In this document: piece by piece, positions 39,038-47,092 of the stretch
Layout of the letters: each line of letters begins with the position of its first letter
Numbering within the stretch: the stretch's first letter is position 1
Assembly (NCBI GenBank): GCA_937943575.1
Contig: CALEAV010000001.1
Location: 20,375 to 84,374, forward strand
Source: an uncultured bacterium
GTDB lineage: Bacteria; Desulfobacterota; Desulfobaccia; Desulfobaccales; 0-14-0-80-60-11
Direction of reading: 5' to 3'
Length of the DNA stretch: 64,000 nt
Notes under the pieces: generated by a model
Database searches by the model: none
What the model was told of the DNA's origin: nothing
The model's input: only the letters and a program-made list of their open reading frames with translations
Program-made: the position numbers and the translations under genes

Positions 39038-41821
39038 ATGAAGGAGTATTTAACCACACCCACCTTTGTCATCGGTTTGGGGGGTATCGGTCAGAAAGTC
39101 ACCTTCCTTCTGGCGGAGCGGTTTGAGAATTCCCGCTGGCGGGTGGTCCCCCCCACCATCCGCATCCGGTCCTTCGACACCGCGATGATGGAATCCTATA
39201 AGCGTGATGACGTTGAGATTCCGGTGTCCAAATTTCGGCGTTTCACCCGCCTGGGCCAATTCGATGGAGACCAGGTCATTCAGCACCTGCATGTCTATCC
39301 GGAAATCCAGGATTGGTGGGATTATCAATACACCATCGGCTTTATAGGGGAAGGGGCGAAGTCAGAACGTCCCGTGGGGCGCCTGGTGTTTTTCCGCAAC
39401 CTCGATCAAATCCATCAGGTGCTGCTGGATGATTTCAAAGCGCCCTTGGCCGATGATCTCCAGACGCAATTGATTAAGGTAGGGTTGGGACAGGTGAGTC
39501 GTCACCCCCTCGTCTATATCGTCGGGTCCCTGGCCGGGGGGACCTGCTCCGGCATGCTGATAGACATGGCCATTCTGGTGCGCTGGCTGCTCGTCAAGTT
39601 GGGGTATGAAAGCGGCAGCATCAACATCACCGCTCTGCTGGGTCTGGAGTCAGTGATCAACGTGGCGACGCAAAGTGGCAACGACCAGATTGCCAGACGG
39701 CGTCGTCTCAATGTGAACGCCGCCTTGCGGGAAATCGACTTTCTCCAGGGAGGACAGGAAAATTTCACCATAAATTATCCCCAGCCCCTCTCGCGCATTG
39801 AGCCGGTCCGTCCCCTATTCAATCAAGTTTATTTATTTACCTCCCGCAGAATGGGGGGATTTTTTTACCAAAATCAGTGGGACATCCTCAGTCGGGTCGC
39901 CCACTTCATCTTTGGCCAGATCGCCTCCAAAACCGGGCAGGAGGCGCGGGCCATCATGGATAATGTGGGGAGCTATTTCAATCCCAATGAAAGTACCGTC
40001 AGCGGCGGCCTCAAGGCCATCTATGCCTCCTTTGGGGTGGAGTGGCTGGAAGTTCCCAAAAAAAATCTCCTGGCAGCCTGGTGCCAGAAGCATGCCGATC
40101 TGTTGGGGAACCTGGCAGTGGAAATCGACTGGACGAGGGAACCCAAGGAAAACCTCCTGCGCAAATTTAAGGAACTCATTCCTCCCAAGCTGCATGGCTA
40201 TCGCCAGTCGCTGGCGATCTTGGAATCAGGCCCCCAGGGGATCTTGGCCGCTCCAGGGATGGGTGCTCTGGCCCCCAAACTGGAGGCCATTCAGGGAGCG
40301 CAGAACAAAACGCAGCTGATGGCTGCCCTCCACGATTTTGAGAGTGAGCTGCCCCCGCTGCTGACAAAAATCCTCCGGCGAGAAGTGGCCCTGGCCGGGG
40401 ACCCCTCCTTTGAGGATGCCTGGCTGCTGGAGGCCATACAAACCCTCTGCCGGGATCGAGGCTTCCGCCTGGGGGGAGCCAGAAGGGTTCTGCAAGAAGC
40501 GGCCCGCTACATCCGAAGCCTGACCAGTGTGTCCGAGCTGTCCCTCTCTTCTGTGAAAGAAGTCGTCAGACAATCTACAGGCTTTTTTGGAAGAGTGAGA
40601 GACCCCGGGCCGGCGTTGGAATGGGCCAAGGCCAAGACATTCCAGACCGCCAGACAGATTCTCCGCAATGAGATGGGGCTACGTTTTGATGCCCTGGCCA
40701 CCAAGATGGAGGAATGCGCCAACGGCCTGCAGCGCCTGCAGGAGAAGATCCGGGACCTCACCCGGCACATGCGCACCTTGCAAGCAACCGGGGATACCAT
40801 CCCCCCGGAAACCTACCTTCTGAACCCCAACGATATGCAAACCATGCTGGATGAGGCTCCGGAGGAAGTGGCCCGGCTGGGGGCCGATGAGATCGCCGAG
40901 CGGGTGGCCGGGGAGCTCACTTTGACCTTGTTGAGAGCCCAGGACACGGGGTTTTTGGAGAATAATCTCCGCTACTGGATAGAATCCGCCCTGGAAAAGG
41001 CCATCGAAACCCGAATACAACCGCCCAGAGACAGAGTGAAGCGCATTTGTCACCGCATGACCCAATGTGAGCCTATGTGCTATTTTATCGATAGAGGCCC
41101 TGAATTTAACGAAATCATGAGAAATCATCATCCTACAGATCTCAAGATTGTCCTCACCGGTGGGGACAATCAGGATCAGGATGACTTGAGAAAATGGGCC
41201 TTAGAGGAAAATCAAAAAGGGAAAGGAAATACCTACCAGATATTTGCCAATGACGAATTTCTGCGGGATGATATTTTGTATATTACCTGCGGCTGGCCTT
41301 TATGGCTGGTGGATGAGGTGCGTTCGGGGGAAACTCTGCTGGAGCAGACGAAGAAAGATGATATTAAGCGTTACCATAATTCCTTTATTTTGGGGAGGCA
41401 GATTCCGGCCAGCCGGGAGCACCAGATCAGGCCCCTGGAGGAGAGCGACGCCCAGACGTGGTTCGGCATTGCGCTGGCCCTGCGGGATATTGACTTCGGG
41501 GTGGGGGAAATCCATTTTAAGCCAGCGCCTTTCCCGGGCCTGATTCCCATTGAGGCGCCGGCTCTGGGGGACTGCCTGGAAAAAGCCTACCAGCTTTTTC
41601 GTCAGCAGGGCTTGGCCCATGCCTACAAAACCTATGTTCGCCGCGAACTGGAGAGGGACAGGGGTCTCTTCAAAAGCCGCTTAGAGGAGGGGCTGGCCCA
41701 CCGGGAGGCAGCCCTGCTGGGAGCCTTCGAGGGCGGCCAGATAACCGCCGATGAGAAGAAGAGACTGTCCACCTTTTATCGCCTTGCCCGGGAATATGCC
41801 AGGAGGATTGTGATCCTATGA
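39038..41821 (+). CDS. giant tubulin/FtsZ-superfamily GTPase-like protein (Tubulin_2 / FtsZl1-like), 927 aa
   Basis: AGGAGG lies 9 nt before ATG 39038. T1-like FVIGLGGIGQKV (39074-39097), T3-like IGEGAKSERPVGR (39347-39382), T4 / tubulin-signature-like VGSLAGGTCSGM (39533-39553), all in the canonical order. The long helical C-terminal two-thirds has no motif I recognise. Confidence 0.7.
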   Translation: MKEYLTTPTFVIGLGGIGQKVTFLLAERFENSRWRVVPPTIRIRSFDTAMMESYKRDDVEIPVSKFRRFTRLGQFDGDQVIQHLHVYPEIQDWWDYQYTIGFIGEGAKSERPVGRLVFFRNLDQIHQVLLDDFKAPLADDLQTQLIKVGLGQVSRHPLVYIVGSLAGGTCSGMLIDMAILVRWLLVKLGYESGSINITALLGLESVINVATQSGNDQIARRRRLNVNAALREIDFLQGGQENFTINYPQPLSRIEPVRPLFNQVYLFTSRRMGGFFYQNQWDILSRVAHFIFGQIASKTGQEARAIMDNVGSYFNPNESTVSGGLKAIYASFGVEWLEVPKKNLLAAWCQKHADLLGNLAVEIDWTREPKENLLRKFKELIPPKLHGYRQSLAILESGPQGILAAPGMGALAPKLEAIQGAQNKTQLMAALHDFESELPPLLTKILRREVALAGDPSFEDAWLLEAIQTLCRDRGFRLGGARRVLQEAARYIRSLTSVSELSLSSVKEVVRQSTGFFGRVRDPGPALEWAKAKTFQTARQILRNEMGLRFDALATKMEECANGLQRLQEKIRDLTRHMRTLQATGDTIPPETYLLNPNDMQTMLDEAPEEVARLGADEIAERVAGELTLTLLRAQDTGFLENNLRYWIESALEKAIETRIQPPRDRVKRICHRMTQCEPMCYFIDRGPEFNEIMRNHHPTDLKIVLTGGDNQDQDDLRKWALEENQKGKGNTYQIFANDEFLRDDILYITCGWPLWLVDEVRSGETLLEQTKKDDIKRYHNSFILGRQIPASREHQIRPLEESDAQTWFGIALALRDIDFGVGEIHFKPAPFPGLIPIEAPALGDCLEKAYQLFRQQGLAHAYKTYVRRELERDRGLFKSRLEEGLAHREAALLGAFEGGQITADEKKRLSTFYRLAREYARRIVIL

Positions 41822-43335
41822 ACCTCAGGGTTCTACCGGGAATTGTCTGGGCCCTCGATGAACCGGCATATAATTATGTGAAGAATTGGTTGGTCACCCT
41901 GCCCCCAAATGCCAGTGGGGTCTTTGCCGCGGCCTCCAGCTGGAACGAGTTCATTGAGATCATTGACCATTATCGGAAACAGGAGTTCGATGAAACGCTG
42001 CTTCAGGCCGGTCTCAGTCTGGAGCCCCAACTGCAGGGGCGGCGGGTCAATGTAGTGGTAGTGGGCTCCCTCCCCGCTGAGGGCCGGACTGCCTGGGCCG
42101 AGGCAGAAGAAAAATTGCATTCCCTGAGCGGGGTTATCTCCCTGGAGCATTACCGGGTGCTCCTGCATCCTACCCTGCCCCCTATCGGGGCCGCTTCGGT
42201 GCAGAGAGATGTGGTTTTTTCCGGTCTTGACACCCTGCGGGTGCTCCCCTGGCTCCTCACCCGGGTGGTCAGCGGGGGCTTCACCTTGGGGGAGGGGGAA
42301 TTTTCCCACCACTTCTCCCAGCTTCTGGACGTCTTGTTGTTGGCGGAAAGAGACGGGGGAAGGGCCCCGGGATATCTAGTGCACTCTTTCTTTCAGTCCC
42401 AACCCCAGCCTCGTCATGTCCGGTTGGCGGGGTTTCCCCGGCTTTCTCTGGGGCACCTGCTCACAGAGATGGCAGCCTTTTTGGCTCAGGCCATGTTGCA
42501 GCGTGCCTATCAGCGGCCCTATGAGGAGACCCGGCCTGCCATTCAGGCATTGGAAAAGCAGCTGGCAGGGCTGGTGGGGGAGTTTCTGAGAGGGGAGCGA
42601 ACCGCCACGCAGGTGGAGGATCACTTTTTCAGGTTGCGTGCGTTTCCAAATCTGTCGACCTCGGCGATCTTGCGTGAGGTTCCGGAAATCCTGCACCGGC
42701 AGACCCTCCGCCTCCGCCAGGACGCAATCATGATTGCTCCACCCGACTCATGGTGGACCAGACTGTGGCGAAGAATTCTGGCCTTTTTCGGCCGGAATCA
42801 GCCTGCGGACAGGGACCTGCCGGACCGGGTCCAGAGGGATTACCTGGTCAAGAGGTTTACCCGCACCATTGAAGTGATCAAGGAAGTAACCTCGGAGGTG
42901 CAAGCGGAGCCCAACACAGTCTCCCTACCCGATGATTTCATCAAGGATTGGGCAGATGAGATAAATGTTTTCGTCCGACGGGGCCTCCAAGAAGGGTGGG
43001 GACGAAGTGAGCTCAAAAACCACTTGAAAATAAAGATGGAGCGCTACCTCCAGGAGAATTTTTTCCATGCCCTTCTCCACTGGGATCTTAAGGATGAGCG
43101 CGTGCGGGAGGTGGCCAGGGCGTTGGACGAGGGAAACCTCCTGCGCTTCAGTGCCCCTTTGATCGGGGGGCTCACGGTCTCCCCGCAGGCCGTGGTCACC
43201 TCCCTCAATTTGGGGGAGCAGATCCCTTATCAGACACACAAAGTTCCCTGCGCCACCTTGTCCTTTTACCCGGGCTGGCGGCCATTGTTGGTGGGTGCCA
43301 GCGAAGCTGTCCCCTTGGAACACATCAGTTTATAA
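41818..43335 (+). CDS. hypothetical protein, translationally coupled; possibly a nucleotide-loop-degenerate paralogue of the tubulin-like protein
   Basis: ATGA overlap with the upstream stop. IVWALDEPAYNYV and RRVNVVVVGSLPAEGRTAW align by eye with the FVIGLGGIGQKVT and LVYIVGSLAGGTCSGM loops of the upstream protein, but the glycines are lost. No P-loop. Confidence 0.6.
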   Translation: MNLRVLPGIVWALDEPAYNYVKNWLVTLPPNASGVFAAASSWNEFIEIIDHYRKQEFDETLLQAGLSLEPQLQGRRVNVVVVGSLPAEGRTAWAEAEEKLHSLSGVISLEHYRVLLHPTLPPIGAASVQRDVVFSGLDTLRVLPWLLTRVVSGGFTLGEGEFSHHFSQLLDVLLLAERDGGRAPGYLVHSFFQSQPQPRHVRLAGFPRLSLGHLLTEMAAFLAQAMLQRAYQRPYEETRPAIQALEKQLAGLVGEFLRGERTATQVEDHFFRLRAFPNLSTSAILREVPEILHRQTLRLRQDAIMIAPPDSWWTRLWRRILAFFGRNQPADRDLPDRVQRDYLVKRFTRTIEVIKEVTSEVQAEPNTVSLPDDFIKDWADEINVFVRRGLQEGWGRSELKNHLKIKMERYLQENFFHALLHWDLKDERVREVARALDEGNLLRFSAPLIGGLTVSPQAVVTSLNLGEQIPYQTHKVPCATLSFYPGWRPLLVGASEAVPLEHISL

Positions 43336-43354
43336 AGCCCGGAGGCCTCTGTTC

Positions 43355-45169
43355 ATGCTCCCCGTTGACATCGGCATATCAGATAAAAATATTTATGTTT
43401 TCGTCATTATTATATTGGCGGTTTTCATTTTATTTATATACAATACAATAGAAATTCGGCATTTATTGAAACAGAGAAAAATATGGGAAAGACTAGGTCC
43501 AAATGCAGGCGAACTTACTCTGGATCACATTCACGGGATTCCGGAACCCAGTAATTTTGTTCTGGGCAGTATTTTGACGGACAGCCCGGGCAAAGCAAAA
43601 GTGCAGGGCATTCCGGCCGCCCTGGACCATTTGGGGGCGGCACTGGACGCGCCTTTGCGTGCCCTTCGCTCCCTGAGCTATCTATCCGTCCTCTTCGGTT
43701 TATTGGGAACAGTGCTGGTTTTGGCTATAACATTTTGGGGAGTCCAGGATATCCGTCATATTAATCCCGGTCTGCTTGGCCATATATATTTAGTCAATTC
43801 GGTGGCCGTCTTTCTTGCATTATGCTTTTATGGATTATATACCCATTACCGCCGTTCAGCTGACCGACTCCTCCTTGCCGCCTCCCGGACCCTGGGGCGG
43901 CTGCAGTCGGAAGTGCCTGAAGGGGTCGATCCCCAGCTGGTGGCGGCCCTGGAAGGCGTGGGCAGCAAGTTCAGCCAATGGGGGGAGGACATCTACGCCA
44001 GGCATAGACAGGAGTCCGAAAGACTGGTCCAGGAAATGCAGGGATTGGGGGAGGCCATCCGGCAGATGGTCCAAAGCATGGTAGCCGCCCAGAGGACCGA
44101 AATGGAGGGCATCATCCCGTTGCTCAGGAGTCAGGATGAAAAAATAGAGTTGCTGAGCCTACGGCTGGATGAACGGTTTCAGGACCTGGCCAGACCCTTA
44201 CTGCAGGCTCTGCCCATCCTGGAGTCCTGGCGCCAACGCACCGAGGAGCTGAAGCAGGCAGTGGAGGACATGCGCCGGGCCGACCTGGAGGGCAAAACCG
44301 CCGCCCTGGCTCAGGCCGCCTCGGCTCTGGGCACCGCCTCCTCCGAGTTGCCCCAAGCGGCCCGGGAGGAGTTCCGGGGCGCCAGAAAGGAGCTTGCCGC
44401 CGGTCTCGGCCAGGCCTTGCGCCAAGGCCTGAATGACTTCCTGGTGCCGACCCTTCAAGCCCTCCATGCCCGGTTGGCCGAACTGGAAAAGCTACAGCAG
44501 GCCCTGGGGGAAGCAGTAAACGATCTGCCCTCCAAGGCGGCCATGAGCCTGGCCGAGACCACCAGGACCGTCTGGCAGGAAACCATGCAGCCGGGGCTCG
44601 CTTTTCTGGCCGAGTCCTTGAGCACCCTCAGGGAATTCCAGCAGGCCCTCCGCCACATTCTGGACCAACTGCCCCAGTCCGTCGGCCAGGGGGTGGCCGC
44701 CGGCTGCCAGCCGCTTTTGCAGATGAATGGCGAATTGGCCTCTCAGCTGAGGGGATTCGTTGAAAGGACGACCCCGTTAACCCAGCTTCCCGATATCTTG
44801 GCGGAGAGCGTCCAGGAAAGCCTGCGCGGGGCAGCCACAAGCCTCTCATCGGCAGTATCCCGGGCCCTTCGCCAGGAATGGCAGCAGGTTTGGGCGCCGG
44901 AGGCGGAAATCACCCATTTCCTGCGGTCCCTGCTGGAGGAACAGCAGAACCAGGTGAAGGAACTGGACAGACTGACCGGCCGGCTGGTCTCCTTCATGGA
45001 AAATCAGGTCAACGGCATAGGGGAGAGAGTGGCACAGAGTCTGCGGACCCTCTGGGCGGAAACGGGCGACGGATACCTGCGGGATATTCTGGGATCCCTC
45101 AAGGGTCTGGAAAAGGCGATGGCAAACACCCGGGGCCCCGCGGATGGCAGCTCTGGGTGGTACTGGTAA
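43355..45169 (+). CDS. MotA/ExbB/TolQ-like three-TM channel protein with a roughly 400-aa C-terminal helical (coiled-coil-like) tail (ZorA-like architecture)
   Basis: GGAGG lies 9 nt before ATG 43355. TM1 is about 43391-43450, followed by a roughly 75-aa loop. TM2 LSYLSVLFGLLGTVLVLAITFW has GLLGTV at 43697-43714 (MotA_ExbB hallmark), then a short loop and TM3 IYLVNSVAVFLALCFYGLYTHY. The A/L/E/Q/R-rich tail runs to the stop. Confidence 0.6.
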   Translation: MLPVDIGISDKNIYVFVIIILAVFILFIYNTIEIRHLLKQRKIWERLGPNAGELTLDHIHGIPEPSNFVLGSILTDSPGKAKVQGIPAALDHLGAALDAPLRALRSLSYLSVLFGLLGTVLVLAITFWGVQDIRHINPGLLGHIYLVNSVAVFLALCFYGLYTHYRRSADRLLLAASRTLGRLQSEVPEGVDPQLVAALEGVGSKFSQWGEDIYARHRQESERLVQEMQGLGEAIRQMVQSMVAAQRTEMEGIIPLLRSQDEKIELLSLRLDERFQDLARPLLQALPILESWRQRTEELKQAVEDMRRADLEGKTAALAQAASALGTASSELPQAAREEFRGARKELAAGLGQALRQGLNDFLVPTLQALHARLAELEKLQQALGEAVNDLPSKAAMSLAETTRTVWQETMQPGLAFLAESLSTLREFQQALRHILDQLPQSVGQGVAAGCQPLLQMNGELASQLRGFVERTTPLTQLPDILAESVQESLRGAATSLSSAVSRALRQEWQQVWAPEAEITHFLRSLLEEQQNQVKELDRLTGRLVSFMENQVNGIGERVAQSLRTLWAETGDGYLRDILGSLKGLEKAMANTRGPADGSSGWYW

Positions 45170-45180
45170 AGAAATAAAAG

Positions 45181-45939
45181 ATGCGGTGGCGCAGAAGAGA
45201 TGAAGGAGAGAATCCGGCCTGGCCGGGTCTGGTGGATCTGTTTGCCTTCACCCTGGTTTTCGTTTTGCTTCTGTGGTTTGGCAGCGATCTGAAGGGCGAA
45301 AAAGAAAAAATAAACGAAAAAATAAAGAAATTAGAAGAAGATAACTCGCACCTCAAAGTGGAAAAAGATCAATTGGAAAAGGAATTCGGCAAACTCAAAG
45401 ATATCATCGGAGGGAAAGGATTAAAGGAACTTAAAAATATTTATGAAATCATTAAAGTCAAACTGCCAATGGATTATAGAATAGTGATGGATGAGGAGGC
45501 CATCGAGATCCAGATAAAAGGTGACCCCCCCATTTATTTCAAAACCGGGGATTACCAGTTAAGCAAACAGGACCAGGAGCGTTTAAGATCCCTGGCCCCC
45601 ATCATCCTGGACACAGTTCAGGGGAAGCCGCTTTATGTTCTCATCAATGGGACGGCGGACCCCAGATTTCTGCCGGACCGGGGTTTCCCTCCCCACAACA
45701 ATGTTGAACTGTCCGCCCTGCGTTCGGCCACCGTGGCCGACACCCTGGAAAAGGCCGCCCTTGGGCTGGGCAAATATCTGCGGATTGTGGGCTTGGGGGT
45801 TATCGGGGAAGAAGCCCCTCCGGGGGTGGACCCGGAGCCGCATTACCAGCAGTATCGCACCATCAACCTGGTCATCAAAGTGGATGTGGAAAAATTGCGC
45901 TTTCTGCCGGCTCTGGAATTAAAACAGCCAGGTCATTGA
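45181..45939 (+). CDS. MotB/ZorB-like protein: N-terminal TM with conserved Asp, coiled-coil linker, OmpA-like peptidoglycan-binding domain
   Basis: WPGLVDLFAFTLVFVLLLWF (Asp codon 45235-45237) resembles the MotB/TolR/ExbD plug-TM. A K/E-rich linker follows. OmpA_C-like YFKTGDYQLS...VLINGTADP...NNVELSALRSATVADTL...IVGLGVIGEE...YRTINLVI at about 45525-45885. Confidence 0.75.
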   Translation: MRWRRRDEGENPAWPGLVDLFAFTLVFVLLLWFGSDLKGEKEKINEKIKKLEEDNSHLKVEKDQLEKEFGKLKDIIGGKGLKELKNIYEIIKVKLPMDYRIVMDEEAIEIQIKGDPPIYFKTGDYQLSKQDQERLRSLAPIILDTVQGKPLYVLINGTADPRFLPDRGFPPHNNVELSALRSATVADTLEKAALGLGKYLRIVGLGVIGEEAPPGVDPEPHYQQYRTINLVIKVDVEKLRFLPALELKQPGH

Positions 45940-46763
45940 TGAGAAGCCTGGTCAAAAGCCTCCAGACCTCCGTTCTGCGCCTCAAGGAATGGTGGTCCAG
46001 TCTGGCTTCGGGGGGGAGATTGTTCCCAGACCGGCGGACCTTGCACAGGGATTCTCGGGAGTGGCAGGAGCGGGTGAGGGAGTTGGTCAACAGCCGGCAA
46101 GCCCTGGAGGACAGATTGGCCGAGGCCAGTATGGCGGCTCGGGCAGCCGGGGTGCCGCAGCCGGAAGAGGTTGGCCTCCTGAAGCAGGCGAAACATGAAA
46201 TTCAAAAATCCTATGACCGGACCCTCATCCAAAAGTACCAGGCGATCAGTCAGGCCTTCGCTATCCTCAGTCCGGGAAAAAAAGGGAGCCCTCCGGAGTC
46301 ACTTCAAAATCTGATAAAGGAATATACTTTCCGCATTCAACAAATAATACAGGATTACGAAATAATCAGCAACAGGCTTCAGCTTGTCATTAACCTTCTC
46401 CATCAATCTCTGCAGCAAAAGCCTTGGGCAACTGCATTATCACACCGGTTGCTCTTGGGTCATCCTGAAATATATCAGGAGTTGCTAAAGATAGAGGAAT
46501 TACGATGGGAAAATAGGCAAATCGCTGTAAAGAGAATGCAAAACAGCTTCCAAAGGCGACTGCATATCGGAAAAATGTGGTTAAATATCTTGGAAAACCA
46601 TATAAGTAGTTATGCTTACCGCCTAGGAATGAGGACCATAAAAGAATTAAGCACAAGTTTCTCAGAACATGAAGATAAGCTAAATTATCTTATAAATCTT
46701 CACAGACGCTTGGATACTCCCCTTCTGAATTGGAACAGACAGTCGCTTCAACGGCTAAATTAA
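45939..46763 (+). CDS. hypothetical alpha-helical protein (last gene of the operon)
   Basis: ATG 45939 overlaps the upstream TGA (TGATG). 274 aa with no TM or recognisable motif. The 3' half is AT-rich (26/60 G+C at 46441-46500). Confidence 0.6.
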   Translation: MRSLVKSLQTSVLRLKEWWSSLASGGRLFPDRRTLHRDSREWQERVRELVNSRQALEDRLAEASMAARAAGVPQPEEVGLLKQAKHEIQKSYDRTLIQKYQAISQAFAILSPGKKGSPPESLQNLIKEYTFRIQQIIQDYEIISNRLQLVINLLHQSLQQKPWATALSHRLLLGHPEIYQELLKIEELRWENRQIAVKRMQNSFQRRLHIGKMWLNILENHISSYAYRLGMRTIKELSTSFSEHEDKLNYLINLHRRLDTPLLNWNRQSLQRLN

Positions 46764-47092
46764 GGGCACCGCACCCCTTATCCTCCCCCAGCAATTGATC
46801 CCCATCCTCGGGGGGGGACCTGCATCCGCGTCAGGCAGCGAGCCGGCCCTGGCCTTGGAGCACCGCCCCTGAGCCGAACTGCCGCCGAACCAGCCGGCCA
46901 CGCCGGGAAAAATCTGTTCCCACTGTCCCGGGGGCTTTCGCCGCTTTTCCCGATTCAGGTTGAAGTCGTCGGTGGTATCAGTGACGTTGAGGAGCTCAAT
47001 ATCACCAATGCTACTATGTTGCACGACTGCCACAAAAGCAACTTGGCATGACTTCTGTTGATTTGCCTCTACGCACGTCGAATCCGGGGGCC

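Noticed and set aside
46755-47033. 92-aa minus-strand ORF (MAVVQHSSIGDIELLNVTDTTDDFNLNREKRRKPPGQWEQIF...) just after the island.
   Set aside because: No RBS, no recognisable domain, and the second half is low-complexity. It overlaps the stop of the last operon gene. It could be a gene remnant but is not supportable as a CDS.
47076-47085. The minus-strand reading GGATTCGACG next to ...ATGCCAAG resembles the conserved 5' region of tmRNA (GGATTCGACGGG...GCATGCCGAGG).
   Set aside because: No GGGG(C)-type 5' acceptor, no tag-peptide reading frame ending in an A-A-type C-terminus, and the T-arm-like sequence is on the opposite strand. This is most likely coincidence within a tRNA-derived fragment.
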